In this document: positions 18,520 through 28,400 of the stretch, in pieces
How positions within the stretch are numbered: the first letter of the stretch is position 1
Layout: each line of letters opens with the position of its first letter
Assembly: GCA_002730095.1 (NCBI GenBank)
Contig: PBZE01000047.1
Span: forward strand, 1-45,876
Direction: 5' to 3'
DNA length: 45,876 nt
Origin: Methanobacteriota archaeon
GTDB lineage: Archaea > Thermoplasmatota > Poseidoniia > Poseidoniales > Thalassarchaeaceae
Translations under genes and position numbers: made by a program
The notes under the pieces: model-generated
What the model was told of the DNA's origin: nothing
What the model saw: the letters and a program-made list of their open reading frames with translations, nothing else
Databases searched by the model: none

Positions 18520-19593
18520 ATGGGGCTCACTACTCTCGGAGTATCGTTGAGCGAAGAAAAAGGAGCCAAGGGACGAAGAGGCCGTCGTAGGGATAGACGC
18601 CGTTCTGAAGGTATTGACGCCTCTAAACAAAGAGTCCAAGACATGGATTCAGAGTCGATAAAGAGGGCCTTGGGGAGATTCACCGCAGATCCACTTCCCA
18701 TGGGTTTCCCTCTCGAAATAGATCCTCCTCCAAGAAGAGTAGATGTGAAATGGGAGCTAAACGCAGTTTCAAGGGAGGTCCAAAATAGGACCGGAGAGAT
18801 AGTTAGCAAGAGAGGAGAATTCGGATTCCTGCCACAAGAAAGAGTAGATGAAATCGCCTCGCAAATCGAAGAACTGCCAATCTCTCTTGAGCAAGCACTC
18901 TCTCTAAGGAACGCTTTGAATCAGGAGAAGAGCGTTTACTCTCATCATAAGCTAATGCGTAGATCTAACGAATTGAATCGTAGGTATAATTCAGGAGAGG
19001 ATGTCATTTCCCTCTCAAAGAGATTTGACGCCCCTCCAGTGAACACATTCAGGGCAATCCTAACAGGAAGAGGATGGTCAAAGAACAGAATCAAGGAGTC
19101 GCTCAAGCAACCTTCGAAGATGAAGACGAGGGATAGAGAGCAATTCGAACTAGCAGAGTCAATGGATAGGGTGAGCTCAGTGAACCAGGATGAGACCCAC
19201 AAGGCATCGATGGTTTTTGAGGATGTCTTGTACCTCTTCTTTGACTCCATAGGAGTCAGATATAGAACTCAGGAGCAACTAATGGCCGAGCAAAAGAAAT
19301 CGGAGGGGAGGGCCGTAATTACTCCGGACTTACTTATGATCGACGATGTCAGAATAAATGGGGTCCCATGTGCTTGGATAGATGCAAAGCATTTCTTTGG
19401 GGCCGATCTGAAGTTTCCCAGGAAGAAAACTCAGAAGCAAGTTGATAGATACGTCGCGGAATACGGGCATGGCGCCATTGTTTACAGGCATGGTTTCTGT
19501 TCAGGGTTGAAGATAAACGGTGCTGAGCAACTAGATGCTAGTCCACTTGACCTTACCCTTCTAGACAAATTTCACGAGGAGTCCAACTCATAG
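18520..19593 (+). CDS. CDIN1/C15orf41 (TPD)-like PD-(D/E)XK nuclease
   Basis: FE..L...(F), TQEQL, TPDLL, WIDAKHFFG, Q..RY...YG.GAIVY..GF follow my recollection of the TPD-family pattern; N-terminal HTH-like segment (SGEDVISLSKRFDAPP). Confidence 0.75.
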   Translation: MGLTTLGVSLSEEKGAKGRRGRRRDRRRSEGIDASKQRVQDMDSESIKRALGRFTADPLPMGFPLEIDPPPRRVDVKWELNAVSREVQNRTGEIVSKRGEFGFLPQERVDEIASQIEELPISLEQALSLRNALNQEKSVYSHHKLMRRSNELNRRYNSGEDVISLSKRFDAPPVNTFRAILTGRGWSKNRIKESLKQPSKMKTRDREQFELAESMDRVSSVNQDETHKASMVFEDVLYLFFDSIGVRYRTQEQLMAEQKKSEGRAVITPDLLMIDDVRINGVPCAWIDAKHFFGADLKFPRKKTQKQVDRYVAEYGHGAIVYRHGFCSGLKINGAEQLDASPLDLTLLDKFHEESNS

Positions 19594-20565
19594 AATATTC
19601 CCTATTCTGGTTAAAATTGTGGATAATCCCTTCTGATTCAGACTTTTCATTATTGATTCGACATTTCCTAAAGTAGAATTAATACTAGTGGGGACAATCG
19701 CAACACTAGTTCCCAACATGCAAAGTAGAGGAGTACTGTTCTCGCCCATTTCAAACTCCTGAATCGAAGCCTCGCATGTCTTCAGAACATTGGCTCTGGC
19801 AGGCTCCTCGGAAAGTCCACTGTCTAGTGAAAAGCCCTTTGAGCTACTGACTAAATCGCCCCACCTAGACTCGTCCCAAGTACCCTCAAGAAGGCGTCTC
19901 AGATTTTCATTTCCAGAACTTGTTATTGTTGACTTCCAGACCGGGTCTTCAATATACATCGAAGTGTGCTTACTGTACTCGCTATCCCATGCAAGGATAA
20001 TATCCACATCAGATTTCCAACCGACCGATTTACCGGGCCCACTTTCAAGAAGATGTCCGCTATACGGAGATCCCGGTGTCTTCCGAATAACTACGCCTCC
20101 AGCAGCCAAGGCAGTCACATCACCAAGGCCACTGGACCTTTCTCGGTCTATTAGATGAGCAACCAATAGGGATCGCCTCTTACTTTCCTCGTATGGAATT
20201 CCAACTGCTCGTTGCAAGGAATCACAGAATGCAATCGAACCAGCAGCCGACATTCCGAAACCCTGTCCAACTGGTAGGCCAAGCTTTACTGTGATGTCCC
20301 AGCTATATTCAAGAATCTCTGGAACCATTTTACCGATAACCTGGAGGGCATGGACATACATCTCTGAATCCCCATCATACCCAAGGAAGGAAACCTCGAT
20401 GCCAACACCCCCTTCGCTTCCTCTGGCTATCACCTCAACTCCGTCTTCCAGACAAATACCAGCCCCTAGGCTACCTTGATATGTTGGCTCAGGAGACTCG
20501 TCCTCTACAGTGAAGATGAGGGTGACATGGCCGCCGCTATGTCCACGACCGAGTAGGTCAGGCAT
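19588..20565 (-). CDS. Pantoate kinase (GHMP family, archaeal CoA pathway)
   Basis: GHVT.IF, GSLGAG, LPVGQGFGMSAAG, SGLGDV..L..GG..IR..PG, MLG. Confidence 0.85.
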   Translation of the reverse strand: MPDLLGRGHSGGHVTLIFTVEDESPEPTYQGSLGAGICLEDGVEVIARGSEGGVGIEVSFLGYDGDSEMYVHALQVIGKMVPEILEYSWDITVKLGLPVGQGFGMSAAGSIAFCDSLQRAVGIPYEESKRRSLLVAHLIDRERSSGLGDVTALAAGGVVIRKTPGSPYSGHLLESGPGKSVGWKSDVDIILAWDSEYSKHTSMYIEDPVWKSTITSSGNENLRRLLEGTWDESRWGDLVSSSKGFSLDSGLSEEPARANVLKTCEASIQEFEMGENSTPLLCMLGTSVAIVPTSINSTLGNVESIMKSLNQKGLSTILTRIGNIL

Positions 20566-20604
20566 AGTAGGTCCCTAGCCGTGAGAGGAAATAATATATC
20601 CCGC

Positions 20605-21492
20605 TCAGAGTACTGCCTTTAGATCGCCCTCGATACCACCGAATCTACTCGAAAGCTCTGATACGGCCATCTCAAAGGCGACCTTTGGATTCATCGAGCC
20701 ATCGGTCTCGAAGGATAGAATGAACTCTTCAGGAACATCTTCCAGAACTACAGCGTCATTGAACTCTCTAGACTCTTCTGTTCCAGAGCCCACATGATTC
20801 AAGTCGTCCCTCAGTTGATCGACCTTATCGAAGTCCACCAACTTGCCATCCTTGTCGAAGTCGCTGGACTTAATTGCCAATCCTAAGTCCCATAGGATCT
20901 TGGATCTGGACTTCGTTTTGATGACACCTATTTGTCTAGGGATGAAGGACACACCACTGACAGGAGACCACTTGACGTGATCTCTTCCTCTGCCCATAAC
21001 TGCAGTGGCTGAGAATTCTATCATCTGTCCTTGAAACAGCTTAGTGATTGGGATTGATTGATACTTCTTTGAGATGAAACCATCTGCATCACCTAGGAAA
21101 TTTAAGTCTCCAGCGGTGACCCAAACTCCCTCTTTGGACCCCTTAACCTGACAGTAATAGAGCATTGTACATAGGGCGCACCCTCTGTCTTCTTCAACCA
21201 TCTCTGCACAATTTGGGCATTCATCTTGGAAGTAGAACTCATCATGCTTAGTTGGTATTGGTATCATAGCCAACCTCTGTGCGATAACCTCGTCTGGAAG
21301 AGGCCCATCGGTTTCCCATACTTCGCCATCTTCAACTTCCGTCTTCTTAACGAATCTTACAGTATCTATGGCCATCTTAGGAGTGTCTGCCATAAGCGTC
21401 CTCCTAATCGAATTCACAAAAGCCCTATCAGTTTCTTTCAATAGAATCTTTATTTTTTCTTCGTCCTCATAGAGAATCTCTGCCTTAACCAT
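20605..21492 (-). CDS. rpoD: DNA-directed RNA polymerase subunit D (Rpo3)
   Basis: NSIRRTL...P.MAI, DE.IAQRL.MIP, IPITKL..GQ, GRGRDH.KWSP, ETDGSM; follows rps11. Confidence 0.95.
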   Translation of the reverse strand: MVKAEILYEDEEKIKILLKETDRAFVNSIRRTLMADTPKMAIDTVRFVKKTEVEDGEVWETDGPLPDEVIAQRLAMIPIPTKHDEFYFQDECPNCAEMVEEDRGCALCTMLYYCQVKGSKEGVWVTAGDLNFLGDADGFISKKYQSIPITKLFQGQMIEFSATAVMGRGRDHVKWSPVSGVSFIPRQIGVIKTKSRSKILWDLGLAIKSSDFDKDGKLVDFDKVDQLRDDLNHVGSGTEESREFNDAVVLEDVPEEFILSFETDGSMNPKVAFEMAVSELSSRFGGIEGDLKAVL

Positions 21493-21502
21493 AATTCACA
21501 CC

Positions 21503-21883
21503 TCAGACTCGCCTACCCCGGCGACCTCCCTTAGACTTGGTACCATCAGTAGGTATGGGAGTTACATCTTCGATCCTCGTTATCTGCATTCCAGCCCTAG
21601 TTAGAGCTCTGATTGCAGAGGTAGCACCAGGAGCACTATGTGATTTGTTTCCACCAGCTCCTCTATACTTCACTATAACCTGATTGAAATCCTTCTCAAC
21701 GAGCATCTCAGCTATCCTTTCCGCGGCTCTCATTGAGGCAAACGAACTGGATTTCTCCGACCCTCCCTTTGTCACCATTCCTCCAGAAACCTTGCAGATA
21801 GTCTCAGATCCAGTGAGATCTGTGGCTGTCATCAACACATTGTTATGTGTTGTGAAGATATGTAGAATTGCTTTGTGAGACAT
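21503..21883 (-). CDS. rps11: 30S ribosomal protein uS11
   Basis: [30 protein letters not shown]...KGGRRGRRV; ATG overlaps the rps4 TGA by 1 nt. Confidence 0.96.
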   Translation of the reverse strand: MSHKAILHIFTTHNNVLMTATDLTGSETICKVSGGMVTKGGSEKSSSFASMRAAERIAEMLVEKDFNQVIVKYRGAGGNKSHSAPGATSAIRALTRAGMQITRIEDVTPIPTDGTKSKGGRRGRRV

Positions 21884-22566
21884 CAATTACCACTCTCCGG
21901 GATGGTGTCCTCAACTGTAGGTGCTGTTGCTTCACCGGCCTTGATATCATCAACAAAGGTATCTGCGACCTTTACTGGCCCGCCTACTGTCTCTGCCTCT
22001 TCTTCGGATGTATCAACAGTTGCTCTCATCTTCTCTAAATCCTGCCTAAATGGATGATCAGGGTCCTCATACTTCGATCCAGATGTGTATCTCAGTAGCT
22101 CCTCTTCATCCCTCAGAACGTGATATCCGGGAACAGTCATCTTCTGCTCGCCGATCGAGATGTGGCCGTGAACAATAAGATTCCTAGCTGCCCTCATTGA
22201 GGGTGCTAGACCCTTGTAGTATACTTGTGACTGGAGCCTTCTTGCCAGCATCAGCTCGACATCTATCTGAAGAATGCTATCCAAGCTAGATCCGTCAGAG
22301 AGAAGCCCCTTCCTAGTCAGGGAGTTGACCAAATCTTCTTTCTCCCTAGCGTAGTGACCTTCCGAGGTATCGACCCTCCCAATTAGCTTCATTGCCTGGT
22401 TTCTATGCCTTCTGAGAGCTGATTTCTCTCTCCAGATCTCTCTCATTCCACCGACTTTCTTTAGTCCGTACTTGGCCTTCAAAGCATGCTCTTCCTCAAT
22501 TCTAGCTTGTTTCCAAGGATGTGTAGGTGTTTGTGTCTTAGGTCTTGCAAATTTTGGATCGCCCAT
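21883..22566 (-). CDS. rps4: 30S ribosomal protein uS4
   Basis: MGDPKF...TP.HPW, KYGLK, REIW, RRLQ..VY.KGLA, AR.LIVHGHI, PGY.V; acidic C-terminal tail. Confidence 0.96.
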   Translation of the reverse strand: MGDPKFARPKTQTPTHPWKQARIEEEHALKAKYGLKKVGGMREIWREKSALRRHRNQAMKLIGRVDTSEGHYAREKEDLVNSLTRKGLLSDGSSLDSILQIDVELMLARRLQSQVYYKGLAPSMRAARNLIVHGHISIGEQKMTVPGYHVLRDEEELLRYTSGSKYEDPDHPFRQDLEKMRATVDTSEEEAETVGGPVKVADTFVDDIKAGEATAPTVEDTIPESGN

Positions 22567-22575
22567 CTAATCACC

Positions 22576-23043
22576 TCACTTCTTCCTCTGAACTCCGAGA
22601 GCAGAGCCCTTCCTTCCATTGCTTCGTAGTCTCTGGCCCCTGACCTTATGTCCACTTCTGTGCCTCATTCCTCGATAAGTCTTGATTCCAGCCATCCTAG
22701 CTATGTCATCATCCCTGGTCATTTTGACCTCTAGTGCAACAATATGAGCATCCTCATTTGTCTCAAGATCTCTCTGTCTATTCATGAGCCACCAAGGCAT
22801 TTCAGTCGCGTATGTCCCTATTGATTCTCTGAGCTTTTCTTGCTCTTCGTCGCTTAGGTGCCCCCCAAGCTTACTGCCATCGACACCAGAAAGACGACAA
22901 ATCATCTCTGCTGTCCTCATCCCAATCCCTTTGATAGAGCACAACCCAACGGAAATCTTCCTGAGCCCGTCTACGTCTGTGTCTGCAATTCTGATGATGT
23001 AAGAGAAGTCATCTCCCAGTTGTTTCTCATCTATTCCTGTCAT
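22576..23043 (-). CDS. rps13: 30S ribosomal protein uS13
   Basis: IIRIADTD.DG, IKGIG, WLMNRQRD, YRG.RH..G.KVRGQR. GGGAGG SD supports ATG 23043 (ORF track GTG is 23064). Confidence 0.96.
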   Translation of the reverse strand: MTGIDEKQLGDDFSYIIRIADTDVDGLRKISVGLCSIKGIGMRTAEMICRLSGVDGSKLGGHLSDEEQEKLRESIGTYATEMPWWLMNRQRDLETNEDAHIVALEVKMTRDDDIARMAGIKTYRGMRHRSGHKVRGQRLRSNGRKGSALGVQRKK

Positions 23044-23140
23044 GTACGGTCCTCCCGCGTTCACCGGTCACCCAGTGGCTGTTAAGCATCCGGGCGACCA
23101 ACCATCCCTATTTGAACCGATTGGAGGACAAAGGGCCCCC

Positions 23141-24445
23141 TCAATCCTCTCTACAGACTACAAACATGCTGTAATCACCGGTTTCTCGGGAAAGCTCGAT
23201 ATCGACCATGAACGAACGTGAGCCCTCGACCTCCCTCATCGCTTTGTGAAGCCTTCTCTGGAGTTTCGGATGCATCTCCGGATCTAGAGAACATCTCAAA
23301 GTAACACTGCCTATCTCTAGCCTAGCAAGAGATGAAGCGATCTGTGCAATTGTATGCTCTTCAGGTGGCGAAAGCCTGTGTTGTACTACCTGTCCCGTTG
23401 AGACCACGAAACCTCTGACATCGTCGTCTTCGCTAATTGGCTCAGTATGTATTAGCAGCGGCCTCCTCCCTTCTGTTCTAATCCATGAGTATCCAGAACC
23501 ATCAGGTATAGCCTTCGAAATCCAATCATCTTGCAAACCACTCTCTAGTACTACCGGGTCAACTATAGTGATCCATGACTCGAATGGAGGGGGCTCGAGT
23601 AGTCTTATCCCGATTACTTCATTTTCATCTCCTTCGATTTCGGACATGATATTCTTGGTGCCCATTCTAATACATCTTCTAGGTTGACTGGAAGATAGCG
23701 ATCCTATCCATAACGATAGCCTATCTACTCGTCCACCCCCACGACTCATCCATTCCCAGGTCCTTGAATACCCGGGAAACACCCTTTCGACTATTTCATC
23801 AACCATCGATCTTTGTCCAGAATCAAGTCTGGGGGACAAGTCAAGGAGTATACAGGGGCCTCGTGGACCGAGCTCCAAGTATTGCTTCCAAGAAGATAAG
23901 ACGGATTCTATGGAAGGCTCCATCTCATCTATGTGGTGCTTCTGAGCATCCCGGGGTCTTGCAGGATCAAGGTGCAACATAGCTACAGGGGGGTGAGCCC
24001 TAGTTCCTGATTCTCGAAGGCTCGACCAGAACTCATTCATCACTCCCTCTGAATCAGTGCTATCCCCAATAATCACTCTGTCCATGGATCTCTGGATGTC
24101 ATCAGAATCAGCAGCCGCAAACATATTTGCCGCACACAAGACAGCCACGTTACCGTCTATTTCCACTCCTAGGGAAGGTCTTTTTAGAACATTTGAATAT
24201 GCGATTAGCTGTAATCCAGAACCCACTGCTGCATCCAATATTATGCCCGGCCCCAATGATGCTGGATCTATCTGATTCGCACGAGCTAGAGCTACTCCCC
24301 AAGGTGTAGAAAGCCTGCGCATTTGCTCAGTCAGGTGGAACTCAGGCTCACCCTTTCTGGCCGACTTTGCACCTACTCTATTTTCTGCCTCATTGGCAAC
24401 CGACTTGGATGGTTTTACAGTTGCATGTGAATTCTCCTCAGACAT
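23141..24445 (-). CDS. Putative SAM-dependent methyltransferase with C-terminal THUMP-like region
   Basis: STP..VA..RA, LDAAVGSG, GVEID, LDPARP, LSP, D.DP-like motif in the C-terminal half. Confidence 0.65.
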   Translation of the reverse strand: MSEENSHATVKPSKSVANEAENRVGAKSARKGEPEFHLTEQMRRLSTPWGVALARANQIDPASLGPGIILDAAVGSGLQLIAYSNVLKRPSLGVEIDGNVAVLCAANMFAAADSDDIQRSMDRVIIGDSTDSEGVMNEFWSSLRESGTRAHPPVAMLHLDPARPRDAQKHHIDEMEPSIESVLSSWKQYLELGPRGPCILLDLSPRLDSGQRSMVDEIVERVFPGYSRTWEWMSRGGGRVDRLSLWIGSLSSSQPRRCIRMGTKNIMSEIEGDENEVIGIRLLEPPPFESWITIVDPVVLESGLQDDWISKAIPDGSGYSWIRTEGRRPLLIHTEPISEDDDVRGFVVSTGQVVQHRLSPPEEHTIAQIASSLARLEIGSVTLRCSLDPEMHPKLQRRLHKAMREVEGSRSFMVDIELSRETGDYSMFVVCRED

Positions 24446-24460
24446 TCCTCGCCCTCCAAT

Positions 24461-25450
24461 CTACCCCGAAATCGGGGCCCTATCTAGATTAACCTCGAAC
24501 CTGAGCCAAACATCTTGAAGCTCATGACCATCATTATTCCCATACGCAATTGGGGGAGGAAGGAGAGTAATGTGGGAGGTCCCCGTCTCGACGCCGGGTA
24601 TTAGTCCCCTATCATCGTCGATATCCAAGCCAATTGTAGACCATCCAAAGCCATCAATCGACCACCAAGGATCTCCAGCATTCTCTGTCCATGTACCGCT
24701 GTCTAGCTCTTCTCCAGTATCCGCATTCCAAACAGTATACTCTACTTCGACCCTGTCTCCCTCCTCAATGTGCAATGATCGGGCTTCAATTCCTTGGAAT
24801 ATGCTCACATCGAGCCTAACCTCTGCCGACATAAGTGACACATGTGAAGCGATAATTGATATTTCTCCCTCAGTAATATCCTCAGTCAACTCAATTTCCA
24901 AGATTACCGCATCACCTCCAGACATCTCATTGATTAGGTACTGTGTATCTCCCGAAGCCGAAAATAAGACATCTGGGCCCCCAATCTCCAGGAGCAGATC
25001 AAGAGTCTGATTTCCCCTATTGTAGATCACAACCGAGGCCCTGTCTCCTTGTCCTTGGTGCTCCCAGTCACATCGAAGCTCTCCGGGATACAGGAAAACC
25101 TCATCCTGGGAGGACAGATTATCAGGCCAAGTCCAATCCCCATCTCTTGAGTCACAGGTATCGAAAAGTAAGTCAACCTCCCATGCCCATCTGCCATCCA
25201 TTTCAATCATCGATTCATCTACGGACTCGAAGGACTCGTCTAACTTTTCCAAGAATCCAACTGCCGAGAAACCTATCCAAATAGACGACAACAGAATTAC
25301 TAATACTGTAGAAATAGAGAGCAATATTGCAGCTCTGGGAACAGCCATCTCATTGATGCCAAGAGGCACAGGAGGATGCTCAACTTCATCGGGTGTATCC
25401 GATATCCAAGACCGCGTCACATTCCTTTTGCCGGGCCCAACTGCCATCAA
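24461..25450 (-). CDS. Membrane-anchored acidic protein with C-terminal FKBP-type PPIase-like domain
   Basis: One N-terminal TM helix; EGDRVEVEYT....GEELDS, I.GF....GL, LPP.IAYG, LRFEV.L. Confidence 0.6.
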   Translation of the reverse strand: MMAVGPGKRNVTRSWISDTPDEVEHPPVPLGINEMAVPRAAILLSISTVLVILLSSIWIGFSAVGFLEKLDESFESVDESMIEMDGRWAWEVDLLFDTCDSRDGDWTWPDNLSSQDEVFLYPGELRCDWEHQGQGDRASVVIYNRGNQTLDLLLEIGGPDVLFSASGDTQYLINEMSGGDAVILEIELTEDITEGEISIIASHVSLMSAEVRLDVSIFQGIEARSLHIEEGDRVEVEYTVWNADTGEELDSGTWTENAGDPWWSIDGFGWSTIGLDIDDDRGLIPGVETGTSHITLLPPPIAYGNNDGHELQDVWLRFEVNLDRAPISG

Positions 25451-25492
25451 GGTTGGCCCACTTTGACCTCAATCATCAGGATTAGTCCACAA

Positions 25493-28400
25493 TCAGCTCT
25501 TGGCCAGACTATCTTCATTACTTAGTCCCAACCAAGAAATTATTCCAAGCTCGAGTGCTATAATTGACAGACCGATCAAGAATACATGCGGCTGGAAAAG
25601 TATGCCGCCGTAGAACACTGCTGAGGTTATTATTGCAACAAGTAAGTCAAACAGCCCCAGAGCCCTCAGAGACTTTCTCAGTTGTAGAATTCCGATAACC
25701 CATACTGTAGTGGACAACAAAATAAGGAAAATAGGAATCATAAACGCCAAACCAGAAGCAATAGAACCAACTATTAGGAGGAGGTGTGCGTTGGTTGAGA
25801 GCATTCCAGACCATCTATCCCCCTTAGTCAATAGAGTACTTGCCAACATTACTAGCAGGATTATTCCCATCAAGATGTATATCTCACCAGTAATTCCAGA
25901 AATGCTATCAGCCCAGCTTCCAATTGAGATCATACTCATCGCCATACCCAATATGGCTATCCCAACAGCATCTGGCAGCTTCCTCCTCCACCCATGATTT
26001 ATTGAGTATAGAATGGCCACGATTGCAGCTATTCCCGTAGATAGAAGAATCACAGTGAGACTCCTCATTCCTACAGCAATCCCATGCTCGTGCTCTCTGC
26101 CCTTATTCTCCCGCAGCTCTCCGATCCAATAGCTAACAAGCACCGCCAAAAGGAGACATAGCTCAAGCCCCAGAAGAGGAATCTCCCATTCCAGAGAATC
26201 GCCTGAGAACGGGTCGACCCTAAGCGGCCAAGGCATCGACTCGTACAATATTACTCCCAGAAATCTGTCTGCCAACAATGAGTAGATGAACCAATCTACA
26301 GCAATAGGAATCCTGTCAAGCATGTTGTCCTGTTGATATAGAGAAATCAGACACAGCTCCATTATCAGTATTGTAAGAACTCCCATACTGGAGAGGTCCA
26401 TATTACTGGCCCCTGGTCCCAAAAGAGATGAAATATGCATAGCAACTAGTCCCGAAATACCAATTGCAATGGGCATTTCCATACCGAGAAAGTGAGGCAA
26501 ATCCAACTCTAATTGCTTAGTTCTGAACCTCGCTATGGCAATCAGAACTGTGACAAAAACCCCAACTCCAAGCAGAAGTACAGGATTCGGTCCTGTTGTC
26601 AAACCCAAAACAATTCCAGAAATGAATACGAGTATCATAACTGCAATGACTATGATTGGTTTGTGAGAGATGTCAGATGTGTAAAGCTCCTCGACGTCAT
26701 CCGTCTCACTCTTTTCCCGACTCTTTCTTCTTGTGGCCATCATCTCAGCCTCTCTCGCATCATATGTTGCCAAATCAGCTCCTTCATTCCCATCATTTGC
26801 CTTCTTCAATGCCATAGCTCTTCTTTCGCTCATTTTGGTAACAGTTTTCAGCTCTCGCCGCAACTCACCCTTGGCAACAAGCCAGATCGTAGCTACCATG
26901 AACATCAGGATAGATATTGCAAGATATGTGGAATTGCCTTGAACATAAGCTACGGCTATGCAAATAGACATGAGCCAAAGCGATGAAAGTGCGGGTTTAA
27001 GCAACTCATCAGTGGAGCCAGATTTGGGAAGATATATTCCAAGTATTGCTGCAGTGGAACATATAGCAACAATAGGCGAATCTAATACTGGTAGGGATGA
27101 AAAACCCTCCAAATATGTTGAAATCTCTCTATCGGGGACCATCAGAAGCAGAGCAATCCCCATCGAGCCCATTGAAACAGTGAACATCTCCTTGTCCTGC
27201 CTGCCGATTAGGAGATTTGTGACCAATATTATGCATATTAGAATCGAGATATACTCTCCCATTCCATGCCTCCACTGTATTATCATGGCAGTGACAATGA
27301 TCGTCCCAATCATCATATCCAAACTACCCATCCTGACTCCTCTGAAATGGGCCAATGTGTGCATCCCCCAAAGGGCCCCAACCACCATCAGAAGAGTTAG
27401 GGACGTGAATGCTCCAAATTGAGCTAAAAACATGATTGAAACCATGGGAAGCCATAATCCTAAGCTCCACAGTTGCAAGGCTCCTGAGTCTCTTATAGAT
27501 GCAGAAATCTCTGAAATACCCAAAAATTTCGAAGCTAGATTCACATCTACCTTCCCCATTCTCTCATTGACCAAAATCATCATCACGGAACAGATTAGGA
27601 GATAGATTGCCAATGGACCGGGATCCATCTCGATAATGCTTCCAGGGTCTTCCAGATCGTTTGATATGAGGAGGGTTCTAACGGCCTCTTGAATAAATTG
27701 CTCCGCAATTATCCATGACCATGGAAGGAGTACAGTAACTCCTGCCAGGGAGGGGGACTTCCTCTTAATGGCCAGAGTTCCGCTACCAATATGAAGAACA
27801 GACAACATCCCCAGAAGTAAGGCCCCCCCGTCCCCTCCTGAATCAACTGAATCGGCTGGCACTAGGATTACTAGCAAAGTTAGTACTGCCACAGTACCCA
27901 TCCACAGTACTCTGTCAGTCACGCTATTTTGATCTCTGAGAATTATCGTTCCGACTGACACGGACCCCACTATCGTGAATATTGAATATTCAGAGACATT
28001 GTACAAGTCCGAAAAAGACTGCCCAAAGAGCAAGAAAAACAGAAGAATTAGCGCCACAGCCGAAAGTGGATAAAACACTCTCCCGACAGAAACCCCCCTC
28101 ACAACCAGATAAGAACCAGAAAAAGCCCCAGTCAATACAGTAACCAATCCCAATGCATATCCCAGATCTCCGCTGTTTGCTGCTACAGTCAGTAATGCGC
28201 CCATCAAACCCATTGAGACTGAGACTCCCCAGAGACCAGGACTACCAAGTCCCAGTACGTTCAATCCCTTTGAAAACCAGTTTTCTTCTTTCGCGAAGCG
28301 TGTAGCCATGGATGCATTCAGTGCCGTAATTCCTAACAGTAGAACGAATAGGAGCAATGGTCTATCTAATGCCATCACTCGCAGCTCTCCTATCTCGAAT

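Noticed and set aside
18442-18639. 66-aa N-terminal extension of the primase and ORF 18483-18809
   Set aside because: Both overlap the divergent nuclease gene and look non-coding; ATG 18441 leaves a sensible promoter gap.
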